Source: Calcarisporiella thermophila CBS 279.70 | Lineage: Eukaryota; Fungi; Calcarisporiellomycota | Length of the DNA stretch: 64,000 nucleotides | Direction: 5' to 3' | NCBI RefSeq assembly: GCF_041956535.1 | Contig: NW_027192232.1 | Coordinates: 1-64,000 of the forward strand | Shown here: in pieces, positions 25,388-39,553 of the stretch | Numbering within the stretch: position 1 is the first letter of the stretch | Layout of the letters: every line of letters starts with the position of its first letter | Notes under the pieces: generated by a model | The model's database searches: none | Told to the model about the DNA's origin: nothing | What the model saw: the letters and a program-made list of their open reading frames with translations, nothing else | Program-made: the position numbers and the translations under genes

Positions 25388-26625
25388 ATGTCTCTATCTC
25401 CCGCCAGCCAGGTTCCTGAGACCCCTACCCTTTCCAACATTATCACCCAAACATTACCCACTGCATCCGGGAGCCGATGTGACAGGAGGGCGCTAGGTAG
25501 TGAGCCGATTGGTTTTGATATGGATGCACGAAGCATTTTGATGAGTTAAAATATATTTCTGCCCAGATTTCGTTGCGGCATCGCATCCCCCGTCTCCGCA
25601 AAAATCCCAGTCGTTCCCACCGGCGCCTTCTCCAGAGTCGGGGGTCAATGGAGACCCATCTCGAGCCAAAGGCTCGCGTCGCTTTCTCTCCCTTCTCTTT
25701 TGCTGTTCTCCCCGCCTTCTCGACAAGATTTCTCCGCTCCAAGGTCGGAGTGGAAAAAGACAGACTCCGACGCCTCTCTATATTGACGCCACAGAGGAAG
25801 ACGAGGAGGAGGCGGGGGAGGCGGAGGAGGCGGGGGGAGAGGAGGAGGAAGAGGAGGAGGAGGAGGCCGTTGGAGCCAATAGGAGAAGAAATGGGGCCAC
25901 GGCCACCCGAACCTTGCTGGGGCCGGTGGGGGAGAAGGATGTTGGGCGGAAATGCCTCGTCCTCGACTTGGACGAAACTCTTGTACATAGCTCGTTTAGA
26001 GTGAGTTATTCTCCCCGTTGCGTCGGCTTCTACACCGGAGCCGCATACTGATCGTGCTCTTGCCTTTTAGCCTGTCCCGCAGGCCGACTTCATTATTCCG
26101 ATCGAGATCGACAATACGGTTCACCACTTCTATGTGCTGAAGCGGCCGGGGGTGGACGAGTTTTTGCGGCGGATGGGGCAGCTCTACGAAATCGTGGTGT
26201 TCACCGCAAGTGTGGCCAAATATGCGGATCCCGTGCTAGATAGGCTGGATGTGGGCAAGGTGGTGAGACATCGGCTATTTCGGGAATCGTGCATACAGCT
26301 CAAAGGGAGCTATGTGAAGGTAACTACGCGGGACGCCCCATTCGAGCCGATGCCCTGTAAGGCTTGATGACCTCAGCATCCCCCCCCTTTGTAGGATCTG
26401 TCTCAGCTTGGTCGCGACCTACGCAGCATCATCATCCTCGACAACTCCCCCATCTCCTACCTGCTGCATCCCTCGAATGCCGTCCCAGTGTCGTCGTGGT
26501 TCTCGGACCCGCACGACAGCGAGCTGTGCGATATGATCCCCTTCCTCGAGGACATGGCCCGGGCCGAGGTGGAGGACGTGAGGATAGTGTTGGACGGCTC
26601 CATTGCTAAGGCGGCCTCGAGCTGA
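25388..26625 (+). CDS. PSR1: NIF/CTD small phosphatase (Psr1/Psr2-like)
   Basis: [16 protein letters not shown] (DxDxT), [35 protein letters not shown]; LFCC possible palmitoylation motif; acidic linker; start inferred. Confidence 0.88.
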
Positions 26626-27372
26626 CCATGCTCGGGTCCCCGTGTTTTTCTTGAACTTGTCTCTGTTTTTCTTGCCCTCAACCTCGTCAATAAAGGCGCT
26701 GCCCCTTCCAGCCGCTCCATGAGCGAGACTGCTGTCTCTCGCGGCCTGGACGTAAGGGGCTCCGAGCCCGCGGGCCTGCCCAAGCTCGGCGCCAATTACA
26801 CTAAAGAGTAGACGTGTCCAATTTAATTTGGGGGCAAAACAACAAAAGAAAACAACAGGCAGGGGACTGCCCGAGCTTAACCCAAGATCTCTGACCAAGC
26901 CCAATTCAATCCGGGCTTTTGAGGAAGGGCGAAAATCGCCGGGCAAAACCTTCGCCGATTCCCAATCCGACCCAGAGCCCCATCCAAAAGGCAATTCTGT
27001 AACAGAGCAAATGCGGCTGTTTCTGGTGTGAGAACGGGCTTCGGACAGCCTTGCGCAATTGGCACATGCACCCCCCCTCAGCAAGCAGCCTCTGAATGCG
27101 CTAGCCCGCGCAGTCTGTCGGGTGAAAATGGATATATACGCACATCCTTCTCCTACATATGCATCGCGCCCAGCCCTGCCTGCTTACCGAGGCTATAAAT
27201 GAAATTAGCGTTTTGTTTTCTTATTTTTTGACAACCTCAGCTCGCTCCTGCCTTTTCCGTCGGCTTCTGCGTCTTCTATTTTTTCCCTCTCCCCCGCCCC
27301 GCTCCCGCTCCCGCTCTCTCTTGTTTCTCCCTTGCTTCGTGCTGCCCATCCCGCCAATCTCTTGCCACAACC

Positions 27373-30367
27373 ATGTTCCCCTCGCTGGATAATGACAACA
27401 GCAGCGGGGGAACCCCCACCAAGCGGCTGCGCGTCACAAAAGCCTGTTCCCGGTGTCGGAATAGAAAAACTAAGGTAGCATCCTAACCCATTTCCCGCCT
27501 TCTCCCCCTCTCCATGTCCAGAATTAAACCATGCCATTGCTTCTCCTCCGTTGCAGTGCGATGGACTCGTGCCAAAATGCACCCCCTGTCTCTACAAGAA
27601 CACCGAGTGCGTGTACGAATCGCCCACTCCAAAACCCGGAGCTGCCAGCCTGGAAACGCTGAATGCGCTAGCACAGCGCTTAGATTCGCTGGAGCGCCGA
27701 ATGAGGGACATTGATTCCTCGCCTAGCGAGGGCGAGAGCAGCGGCTCCTCGCCGGATCAGAGGAGATCTGAGACCTCGTCCCAATCCGAGGATTCGCGCT
27801 CAGAACAGAAACGGGAATTGGAGGCCATGATGCTGGTGAGCCCGCACAAACCTTTATCGCACAGACACTGGACGTTGAGCTTTTCAAACACTGGCCTTCG
27901 GTAATTAATTCTCTTTATATACGATGGCTCATCTTTTCTTGTCCTTTTCCCTTGATTGGCCTCTTTCATCCCGATCCGCACTTCCATTCATTGATCCCTC
28001 TTGTGTTTTGCGCTTTAGCATCGACACCAACATTACCAATGTCTCTGACATCTACCGCCTCCTCTTGACCGGTCTCAGCCAGCTCGACATCGGGTCCTCT
28101 TCCCCCCCCTATTCTCAACAGCTTCAGTATGATCACTCACCCCAGCTGCCTCAGCAACAGGGCGCCACCCCCAACATCCGCAAGAGCTTACGTGTCGACA
28201 CCCGTTTTGGCAACGATCCTATCCACAGGATCTTCTGGAGAAGCCCTAGCGGACGGTCGGAATTACAAGGAGGCGGCGCCGACATCCCGGACGAGATCAC
28301 GCTTGCGTTTATCAACCACCAGCTGCTCGATGATCTTGTAAAACAGTATCTTGATCACTTCTGCAACGTGGCGCCCATCATCGACCGGGAGGCGTTTTGG
28401 ACCGAGTATCGGTCCGGGGAGATGGACCCCCTTCTCCTCTACTCTATCCTCGCTCGCATGGCCACCGATATCTACAATGTGGACCGTTTTCCTGACCCTG
28501 ACACCCAGCGCGCAGTCGGGCGGTTCTTTTTCCGCAACGCAAGAACAATTTTCCAGGAGCGTTTCGACCAACCCTCCGTATCCTCCGTTCTGGCCCTTGC
28601 CAATTTGGCATGGCACAAGTACGAGAGTCTGGATCCCAACGGCGCCGCACTCTACTGCGGGGCGGCAGTACGAATGGCTCAGGTATGCAGATGCACGCAC
28701 ATACCTGTGCCCTCTTCTCCCCCTCCACTCGAGGTGGGCGGGCATCGATTCCAATATTGAGCTCTTCCTATCTTGATTAGATCTTGCAACTCCACCGCCG
28801 GAATTCGGATATCTACATGGAGGCTCAAAACGAGATACAGCGAGAAATGTTGCTTCGAATATGGTGGTACATCTATTGCACAGACCGCAAACTCGCCTTG
28901 TTCTGGGGAAAACCCATGCTCATCCACGACGACGACTGCGACCTGGATCTTCCAAAGGCCCTCGAGATCGATGTCGCCCGTTCTGCGGCCGACTCGGTGA
29001 ACTTCTTCCGCCAGGACGTGAAGCTGATGCATATCACCGGAGACATCATCAAGAAGCTGTACTCGCGTCAGACGGACAATGTGCCCTTGAGCACGGTGTC
29101 GGAACTGGAGAACATGCTCACCGAATGGTTCAAACAGTTGCCGGCCCATCTCCAATTTGACCTCGATCACATGGACACCTCCACTCCCCGCTCCTGCTTC
29201 CTCACCCTGCTCAATGTCTACTACCATACCCTCTGGATCCTGGTGCATCAGCTGTTCCTGCCCCGCCCCGAAGACGCCTCGGAGCCCATCCCGAGCATCA
29301 GCCTGAACATCTGCACCAAGTCGGCCAACACCATCGTCTACATTCTGACCAACCTGATCACCTTTGACTACTGCCAGCAGTACCTTTTCCCCGTCTCGGT
29401 GGCCTCCAACATCCACATCCGCAACTTCGGCTCGCTGGACCCGCAGAAGGTGGAGAACGCAAAATTCAACCTCGCGAGGGTGCGGCACTGCATCAAGCAC
29501 ACCCCTTTCTACCGAATCCAGTATCCGCCCGTGATGGAGTTCTCTCGCTACCTGGACCAATTCCCGGTGCCGCTGGAAATTCCAGACCCCACCGATGTGG
29601 AGGAGTGCAAACGGCTCTCCTCCCCAACCTCACAGCTGGAAGCGGCGGCCGTGGTGGACTCCGAAGGAAACGGCACGGAAACGGGTGGAAATGCGGGGCC
29701 GCGGGCCGCCTTTGGAAGGGCGAACACCTTCCCCTCCGTGTCGCCTCCCACCTCCACCTCCACCTCCACCACCACTGGCCTGGCGACCCCTCACACAACC
29801 GCAATGCTCGCGAGTACTGGGCCCGAGGCCAGTGTGTTTCAGGGCGAATTTTTCGCAGGTGAATGCGACTTTTCTAGGATCATGTCGAACTTTATGCCCT
29901 CGAGCCAGGCCCGGATGCCACCGCGCACCATGAATGAGCCGCTCCCCCAGGAACTCTATCCACCGCAACAGCAATCACTTCCCTCACCACCACAACAGAA
30001 GCCACTACAGCAATCTCAGCAACCACAACCATCGCAACCCCATCCAACACTGCAACCACCGCTCGTCCAGCACGAGAGACAAGAGCAGCGGCGTGGCAAC
30101 GGGACCTATGCAAGCACGCAAGCTCAGCAGCCACCTCATCCCAAACTACCCTCTTCTCATTTGCCTCCCACGCAGTCCTCGCAACCGTCGGAGGAGATCA
30201 GTCCTCTTGGTCACTTGCATGTATATTCGAACTTCACCGCATTGCCACTGACGGAACCTTGGCGGACCCCGGTGCCGACGCTAAACGTAGCGATCCGAGA
30301 AGAAACCGACGGGGAAACCCCACTGCGGGCATCATGGAGAGGAGAAAAAAGAACATATAATTCGTAG
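27373..30367 (+). CDS. Zn2Cys6 transcription factor with Fungal_trans domain (TF3, paralogue of TF1)
   Basis: ACSRCRNRKTK|CDGLVPKCTPCLYKNTECVY; GLR|IDTNI; AVRMAQ|ILQLHRR...RIWWYIYCTDR; SLNICTKSAN shared with TF1. Confidence 0.92.
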
Positions 30368-32451
30368 CCTTAACTGCATTGATTTCTGTTCTTTGTAAGT
30401 ATTGGAATTGACTATTTTCACTCTATTGCCATTGCTATTTCGAGTACTGTGATGATATCCTGTTGGCTTATATACATATCTACGTTAACATATATTTGCG
30501 AAACATTCAATATTGGTTATTTTAGTTTTCATTCATATGTTCCTACATGTCCTGTTTGTTCCTTTTTTTTTTTTTACTTCCCCTTTAGATTTGGGTCTTT
30601 CTAAGTTATTCATATATTTAGCTATTTGAAATGAAAAAAAAAATTCTCAAAAAAGAGATATGCATCGGTTCCGTATGAAGAGCGTTCATATTCTTTTTTG
30701 CCTTCCCTGTAACATGGTCATCTGTGATATAACACCCATTTCTTTACTCCTATGCTTTTGGGGCATTTGCCGTTTTCACTTAGAGACGCTACTATAAAGA
30801 GGAGCCCTAGTATGAAACAAGCGAGGTATTTTCACCCAATCCGCTCCTCCTTCGAGTTTTAGTAAGAAACTCAGATGTGCCTCGACGGCATTCCCAATGA
30901 GATTGGCTTTAGCGTCCTCTAATTCTAAATAGAGTTTGCAATGCAACCTTGTTTAATGGTCTGATAAACAAAAGGCTCAAACACGACACAAGCAGGCGTG
31001 AGAATACCCGGTGGTTAGGTAAGCGCAAGCTGAAAGGACACAGATGCATTCGCCCGCATAGAGCCAGGCGAGGTCCAGCCGCGAGAGAGAGATGCGAGCT
31101 GCCAAGAGGAGAGGAGGAGGGGCAGGGGGGCGTGGGGGGAAATGAGGTCATATGCAGCCGTACATTGCTTCACCGCGATGCTTGAGGCTAAACAAGCTTG
31201 ACAGGTTGACAAAGCCGCGCTAGGCCTAAAGCGAAAGTTAACCTTCCGTTGCCAGCGCCAACCCCCCCCCCCCCCGCGCATCTATCCCTAGCGCCCGCTT
31301 CGTGGCATGAATGGATCCACGATATTCTAACCGTGCCCACAGAAAAAATTTGGCGGAGATTGGCCTCTTGCTAGATGGATTGGTTCCCCTCGGGCTACTC
31401 CTTATCAGACACCTGGGAATCCTTCAGGGCGCCATGCAGGCTCTCCAAGTTCTCGAGGGGAATTAATGACTGCAGCTGTGCAGGCAGGAGAGATCAAGCT
31501 CATTTGAAGGCAAGATGAGGGGTGGGTCGATGCGAGTTTACGGCGAAAAATGAGGCGTATTGAAAAAAAAAAGAAGCCTGGATAAATTAATGTCGATGTC
31601 GGGTAAATTAGATTTGTAATAGACTATTTTAATCTCTATGAGCGAGGGTAATCGTATGCAGAACACTTTCGATATTTATTTAATAATAATATAAGTGATT
31701 CAGGCAGGCGTTTCAGTATCGAAACATTGTAGATAAAAACAAAACAAAAAAAAAACTTTTTTTAAAAGCTGCATCCAGTGTTTCATCATACTAGGACTTG
31801 ATCGCCTCAAGCGTTGTTTTATCGTGGTCTGGATGGTCACAGAAAGCTAAGGCGCTCACTCAGCCCATGGGGTGACCTAGTTTCTGCTCCCTATCAAACG
31901 AGTATTTACTAAAGCCTGTAGATGATTTCTGTTATTATATTGCTGTAAGATAGCATATGGCCCACGTGAAAATGTAGTTATATGTATTACTTATTAGTAT
32001 AATAGAGCACAGTAATTGAAAGTAGGCCGGTAGGACATGCCAGCACGGTAATTTATTGGAATTGAATATCAGGTCCATTAATTGGAAACTATCCTGTGCA
32101 GGGACAGAGTAAAGATAGGCACGGGTGTGTAAATGCATACAAGTAATGCTTAAGATCTACTGTAAGGCACTTATCATATGAATAGTGGACCGAAGCCACT
32201 TGCATACCTATCCTTCCAAAAAATTGGATGTCAATTCTCGATGTCACTCCTCTTTGTGGATTTTACTACTTATTTTTGTAGCCGTTTGATATCGTTTGCT
32301 TGTTTCTATATTATTGATGACCATTGAGCCATAAGAAAAACCCGACAAACTCCCATAAAATATAATAAAAAAAAATCAAAAATAATCAAAAAATTTTTAT
32401 ATAAATATTTTAGATTTCCTCCGGTTTTCAGGAGCGCACTAATAGCTTGGT

Positions 32452-32522
32452 GCGTTAGTAGTTGACTGGTACAATATTTCCCTTCCAAGGAAAAGGACGG
32501 GGTTCGATTCCCCGCTAACGCA
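32452..32522 (+). tRNA. tRNA-Gly(TCC)
   Basis: Acceptor stem GCGTTAG/CTAACGC, D arm GTTG-ACTGGTA-CAAT, anticodon arm TTTCC-CTTCCAA-GGAAA, T arm CGGGG-TTCGATT-CCCCG, downstream T-rich Pol III terminator. Confidence 0.93.
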
Positions 32523-33117
32523 TTTCTTTTTAATTTTTTACTTTATTGTTCTCAACAATGATATCCGTGGTTGAAACGCAGAGAGAAGTTGGCTGCCTGG
32601 AATAAAAGGTGTTCGTCGCTAGAGGATATGAAAATATATTCGAGCGCAAAAAATTATCTTAACTGCCGGTGGATTTTTGCAACCAAAAATGCCACCGCGC
32701 CATTGACTTCTGGTGCATCCTATTTCGGCGGAGAGCTCACCGAACAGGTGTCGAAGGAAAAGATGCTGAGATACTGTTTTAAGTCACTTTTGTCATAGTC
32801 TGTAGCCCGTACATTATCCTAGCGACGAAGTCCTACAGTTGTACAGTCTGATTTAAAGGAAATAACTGGGAAGGCTAATATAAATAAAACCGTCGAAATG
32901 TTTCCCTTTTTTTTTAGATTTAATATCATCCCGTCCTTTCTTTTACAGGGTTAGAAGAAAAGAATAAAAAGTATAAACAATAAAAAAGAAATAACAAAGA
33001 ATATATCCGTAAATAATAAAGAAAAGTGACCGAAATAGAAACAAAACCAGTAGGAAAAGAAAAAGTATTTTTGAATTAAGAGTAAACGTCTTGAGAGGCC
33101 TTGTAGAAAGAGCAAAA

Positions 33118-36100
33118 TTATGAGGGCGGAGTATTCAACACATCCACATATCGTGATCTTGCCGGTCGACGGTGTCCCGCTGCCGAAGAGCTTCGGATTC
33201 CACCCGGTGGTGCTAAATGGCCAGATCCGCTTGGGCTCAGAGTGCCGCTTGAACGCCTCGTATCGCTTGGCATAGCTCTCTGACCCGGCGTCGACATCGG
33301 CCTGGGAGGTGCGCCTAATCCACCAGAAGCCGCATTCTCTTTGGACGCGTGGTCCAGCATCGAGGGGGTTGCAGATCGAGATTTGGGTGGGGGAGGAGGG
33401 GGGGCGGGTGCCTCTGAGGTGGCGCCGGCCTTCTTGTTAATCCACCGCTTCTGTGCTTCGTCGTAGTAGAACTGGTTTTCTTCGCCAAGGTTGGCGACAG
33501 GTGGGCCGGTGCGTCGACTAAAGAAACTGAACACGCTCCATCCTAGCGTAGTTAAGAAGAAAAAAATACATCAATGAAAGATGTTAGCCGGGGGAAGTCC
33601 AACGACTGAGCACTTATATATCCATTACCTTTTGACTCCTCCTTCCCCTCGGCTGCCTTGGTCTTCTTTTCTCCCTCTTCTTTCTTCTTCCTCTCTTCCT
33701 CTCCCTGTTGCTGTTCCTTCTTCCGTTGATTTGCGTTATTTCCAAGCCCTAGATCGTCGTCCAGTGGTGGATTTTCGGCTTGCTGCTGCTGCTGCTGCTG
33801 TTGCTGATTTTGATTGGAGGGCGTCGAGGGAACAGCAAATGGCATGGGCGATGGCACATAGCCCATGGGGGATATAAACCCGCTGGTGTCAAAATTGTCT
33901 TCAGCAGGCTGCTCGGCTGCATTCTCTGTTGTCTTTGCCCCGTGTTCATAGTGGGCCTCATCCTGTTGCGGCTGATACTGGCTATAGTCGGTATAGCCTG
34001 TGTAGTTGTCGGCAGAATACGGTGCTTGCTCATCTTGTTCTGTAGCCCCGTACGGTTGGTAGTATCCATAGTTGTTCTGTTGCTGTCCCTCCTGTTGATA
34101 CTGTTCTTGATACGACTGTGACTGATATTGGGAGTGCTCCTGCTGCTCCTGCTGTTGCTGTGTGTCGTTATTGTATTGAGACTCATAATAACCTCCATAA
34201 CCCGCATAGTCACCGGACTGGTTTGACCATTCGTTATAGGTGTATTGGCCAGGTTGCTGCTGCGGTTGCTGCTGATCTAGAGTCATCTGCCCATAAAACG
34301 CGTCATATTGAGCGGCAGCCTCACCCCCTGCTTGCCCACCATACTCTCCATAGCCGTTATATGCAGCGTAGCCGTACTGGTCGTTCTGCTCTCCGTCCGT
34401 TTCCGCAATTGGCGACATGATCGTTTGCCCTCCTGACATCAAGGATGCCCTCTTGTTCGCATTGTTCAGCTGATTTTCTTGAGCTCCAGGTACCTCTTCT
34501 GCCGGCTGCTCCTGTTTACTTGGTGTGAATGCCCGCAAGAAAGGAGATACCACTGAATTGGATAGCATGATGTTTGGAGTTTTGGCACGGCGAGCTGGCT
34601 CTACCTTCATGCCTGGAGTCGCCCGACCTGTCCTCATCTCGGCGGCGGAGGCGCTACGTGCCGGCACGTCGGTTGGAATTTGTGGCTGAAGCGGTGATTC
34701 CTGAACTACACCGGGGACCGCCGCATTCTCTTTAGCAGCTTTATCCTCTCCCACCTCATCGCCCGCAACAAACTTGTTAAGCTGCCCCTCGATGGAGCCC
34801 CAGATCGAATCGAGTGACGGTTTAGTCAGCATACTGCCAAGCCACGAACTCACCCCCTCATGCTCCACACTTCCAGAGCTATTCTGCTCTATTAATTCGC
34901 TCAGCTCTCGTAGCTTTTCCAAGAAACACTTGTGGAAGTATGGAGAGCCCTTCGTGTACACTTTCAGGAAATTGGCAATCGATTCACAATAGCGTCGAGC
35001 TTCGGTCAAATATCCTGAATCAGCAAGTCGCCAGGCATATATTAACTTGTAGGCGGATAAAAATGGTAGCGCGCCCGCGCAGCTACTCCCGCTCTTGAGG
35101 CAGAGCCCGAATTCATAGAGTTCTGTAAGGCGCAGGGCGTTCTCGTCCATAAACATTGACCAGCGTTTTGGATCGGCGCCGAGCAGAACAAGGCGCATAC
35201 GGGGGGTGTCAATCCCTGAATGGATGGACGATTGGGGAGAAAGTAAATAACATATATGAGCAGCCCCTATCCACCCGTGTGAGGCAAGCAAGTCCCCAAG
35301 TGCGGTCATGGCTGCTGTATCGCCGGTGGTGCGATTGGCCAGCACGAGTGTAAGGATCTCTCGCCATTTTGCCAACTTATCCTTGATAGAGCGGGAATTG
35401 TTACGATCGCCAGGAGTAAATGGAGACGAGACCATGCCCTCTTGCCCTGGGGTCGACTGCAGAATAGCTTGGGGATGCGCAAAAAGTTCCTGGATCGCTT
35501 GTTGGCCTCTCCCTGCAAATAGTGAATATAATACACGTAAACCCTCGCGATCACTAGATGAAATTACGGCGGATCGGGGCATTGGAGTTTCGCATAGTTC
35601 GCGGCGTGCAAATTCGCAGACAACTTCCTTCCACAAATCCCGGTTTACACAGCTACTGATAATCAGAGCATGGGGCCACATGTCTTCTTGTATAGCGTAT
35701 TTTACAGCCTCTGTGCGATCTCCCCGCAATAGCATTTCCTCAAGTGTATCAAGGCCGGTGTTTAGTGCTTTATTATCACGGAGCTGTTCTGTGTTTGGGA
35801 TGGAATCTGCAGGGACTGTGAAATTCTCTGGAGCAGCCGCTTTGGGAGGTGGCGCCAAATGTTTTCGCACAGCTTCCTCAGCCTTAAGACTATTGTAAAA
35901 TAGGCCAAGGTCAAAACTATCATTAATTTTGAAAAGGGAAAAAACGTTGTTTTACCATCCGGCTAAACCTTCATTTTCCAAGGTAATTTTAACTGCTTGC
36001 CACAATAAAATTGTGTCTTCGAGCTGTCTTCGATTCTCCCCTGATAATGTTTCAGTTTGGGCCATAAATTCGCTTATCTGCTGCTCCATGTATTTTATGG

Positions 36101-39100
36101 CATCTTTCCGCTTTGCTTTTACACCGCCTTTGTTGTTGTCTAGAAGAAGTGGACCGGGAAAAGCATCGAATCGCGATGGCTCCAATTCTTGGATAAGGTC
36201 TTTGATGCTGCGGATAAGGAGGTCACTTGGTACGACTTTATCGACAGGGCCGTTGGAAGTGGAAGTAAAGCGCTGTACTTTATGAGGGAACATCAAGATG
36301 GCCTTGCCTATCATGAATATGGTATAATGAGTATTATATCCCGATTCAATTTTAACGAAATTTACCTCCAAATCCAAACGTGATCAATGGGCACCCTCTA
36401 GATCTCCCAAGTGGGTCAGTATCAGCAATTGAGGCATGCATGTACTGCGACTGATTTTGTTCCGCGCCAGCATAGCCTGTATAGTCATACGGTTGGTCCT
36501 GCTGATAATAGGCCGAGTCACCATATTGCTGTGTATCATACTCTCCGTAAGTACCATATTGTCCCTCATGCTGCTGGTAGTATCCAGCACCAGTTTGTTG
36601 GTCGTAGTTTTGATTATAATAATCATAATTTTGATTATAGTAATCTTCGTATTGCTGCTGCTGCTGTTGCTCATACCCGCCCACTTGATCTTGGCCAAAC
36701 CACTCAATATTTTGTTGGTTATTTTCCATGTTATCTTGATAGGCCGGCTCAGTTGCTAAGGCGGGCGTCTCAGTTGATTCAGTAGAAGTTACAGCTGGCT
36801 GTTGGTACTCATATGCTCCATAGCTCATATAATCATACCCACTTTGGCTTGCATGAATTCCAGTATCCGCGAGTGCTGTGTTTGCGTGCTCGCCACTCAT
36901 CTGTGAAACTGCGTGCTCCTGCGTTCTTTGAGATATATCCTTCAGTTGTTGTTGCGGAGGTGATTGATGCTGTGACACAGGGGGGGCTTGATTATATGAG
37001 CCATGCATGTTATAATCAGTGCTATTACGGTTTGACGGCGGTTGGTGAACAGGTGCTTGAACAGGCGCTTGAACAGGGTATGGGCCGTATTTCTCATGTG
37101 TAAAGTCCTTGCTCGATCGAGTAGATGCCTCCTTTGGCGAATTAACTGACGGTATCTGAAGAGGCATTGGAGGCCCTTGATCAAAGGCATTATGATCAAC
37201 ACTGTTTCTAGCTGAAGGAATGCGTTCGGAGGATACAGATTGTGCTGATAGTGAGCCACGCTTATTTTTTGCAAGCTCGACGCTTAATCTCTTGGCAGGA
37301 AGTTCCTGCAATATCGGAGGGGAAGTTTGGTACTGTTGTTGTGGGGGTGGAGGTTGGTACATGCTGTAATCGGTGCTGCTTCGAGTTGAGAGAGGATACT
37401 TAGAAGAAGGCGGCTGAACTGAAAACGGACTTGGTATACTCTGGGTTGATTCACGGCTTGCTCTCCTAATTTCCTGTTGCATGGAGGGCTGATGGGAAAT
37501 TTGATTTTGATGTGGAGCTGGTTGTTCAAATAATTGGGCAGGGGGCTTTGCTAGCTCATTCTTCCCTTCAGGCTGTGACGATTTCTTAACGCTGTGCACA
37601 TCTCCTAAGTTCTGCGCTTCTTGTTCACGGGGATATATTTGATTGTCATAAATAGTATCGGTAGCCTCGATTCCAGAGTATGTCTCGTGATCAGCGGGAG
37701 TAGCATCAGGATTTAACATAGACTGATCAGAGTAATACTGCTGTCCATACGCATCATATCCATAATTATACCATCCATTGTCTCCGCCAGCAGCCACTTG
37801 GCTCTGATCCTGGATGGGAGGAGAAGCTACGGTTGCAATATTTTGTATGTCAGAGTGTTTTTCATTCTCGTCTCCAAGTACAACTTCATTAACAGGTTGA
37901 CGAGGGGGGCCATCGAGAGAATCATCAATATCTGCATCAGTTCTCTCGCCGATAACCGAATCTCCAGCGGGCACTTGATGATCATTCCCAGGGATAGAAG
38001 AGTTTTGGTCTTCTGTTGCCGATAAAAGCATCGTCTCCTGATTCTCAGTTATTACCATTCCTACACCATCACCAGACACTTCGTCAGAAGTTGAATGATG
38101 TTCAAAAAGCACTTGCTCATTCATCATTTCGGGTACATCAGCAGTAATAGTGGGTTCGGGGGTTTTCTCCTCTATGGCAGCAGTGATAATAGGGACAGCA
38201 GATGTGGTGGTGGAAGCTTGATTTTGTAGTTCAGGAAAAGGAGAATCTTGGATATCAGGGACATTATCGGACATTGGTTCTTAGAGAAAAATACACAGCG
38301 GTAAATTCGACGATGTCATAATAAATAAAGCAAAAGATGAAGGCAAGAAACTTACCAAATGTCTCGAGTCTCGAATCTGTCTGTGTGTCGGCCCAAGAAT
38401 GCACTTCCTTTGTTTCTTCCATAGTATTCTCTTGATCTACAGTTGATTTATTTGGGTCAGCCTTTAAGAGATCCATATCACCTCCTGCTGTTAAAAACTC
38501 TGGATATGCACCGTAGTCATAAGATTGGTGTTGTTGTTGCTGCTGCTGCTGTTGCTGCTGCTGTTGTTGTATTTGCGGTGGCTGTACTTGATTCTTTGCA
38601 GACTCCTGAGCGAAGGGGCTATCTTTTGACAGTTGAGATTTTGAGTCGTGCATGGTTTCCCACTGTTGCTGCGGTTGCGATAACTGCTGCTGTTGCTCAA
38701 CTCCATACATATTTTCATTTATACCCCATTGTTGCTGAGATTGCCCTTCGGTGGCATAATGTCCATAATACTCCATTCCTTGTTCCGAGTGCATTTGATT
38801 ATCAGTGTAATGGTAATTATGCCAATCACCCTCAGGTGTATTAGCGTAGTAATCGGCACCCTGTGCATAGTAATTCTGGTGATCTTGAGTTTCCCCCGTA
38901 GCCACGGGGTGCTGTGCGTAATATCCCTGGAAATATGATTGATTGACATCTTGCCCTTGCTGAGGCTGCTCGTAATAAGATTGTTGCATATATCCGCTTG
39001 CATTATAATCGTAATTATACCAATTGCCTTCATCCTGGTGCGTTTGTTGCTGTTGCGTTTGCGGTTGAAATTGGCCTGAGATTGAGGATGGTTCAGGGGT

Positions 39101-39553
39101 TGGTGTGGAAATTTGTGCATTCGCAGGCGAAAAGGTAATCGGTTGTGCGGATGGGGATGTTACAGCGACGTTGGGAGTAGGTTGGGAATACAAACTCTGT
39201 GATGAATTGTACGTATTTCCAACGATCTGTGGACCGGCAGCTATCGGATTCTCAGTAGGAACCAGAGATGCCGGTTGTGAAGTGCTTTTTAACTGACTAA
39301 AGAAATCATCATTTGCTGGCACTTCTCCAAATAAAGATGACGAAGGTTCATATGCTATTTCGTTGGTTGGCGCTGCAACTGGTACTGAAGGAAGCTCTGA
39401 TTGCTTCGTGTGTGGTGTTGCAGTCTTAGGGGTCGATTTGATGTTAGAGGTGGTAAGGGAAATGGATGAGAAAGGATCGTCGGATGTTCCCTCGCTAAAA
39501 AATGGGATTGGCTCGTCTTCGGCCACGGACTTATCTTCCTTTGTAGTTGACAT
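33118..39553 (-). CDS. SEC16: COPII coat assembly protein Sec16
   Basis: Long Q/Y-rich disordered N-terminus; CPLITFGFGGK, FPGPL, EAVKYAIQEDMWPHALIISS, WREILTLVLANRT, AAHICYLLS; C-terminal ANLGEENQFYYDEAQKRWINK and RSRYVDVL. Confidence 0.93.

Noticed and set aside
28679-29560. 293-aa antisense ORF within TF3, and the similar 50323-50934 ORF opposite STE12
   Set aside because: Antisense shadows of GC-rich coding sequence
31008-31025. CCTAACC as a telomerase RNA template
   Set aside because: Only a 7-nt match with no supporting structure
33770-38700. (CAG/CAA)n tracts and PVQA repeats in SEC16
   Set aside because: Ordinary poly-Gln and low-complexity coding sequence in a disordered protein
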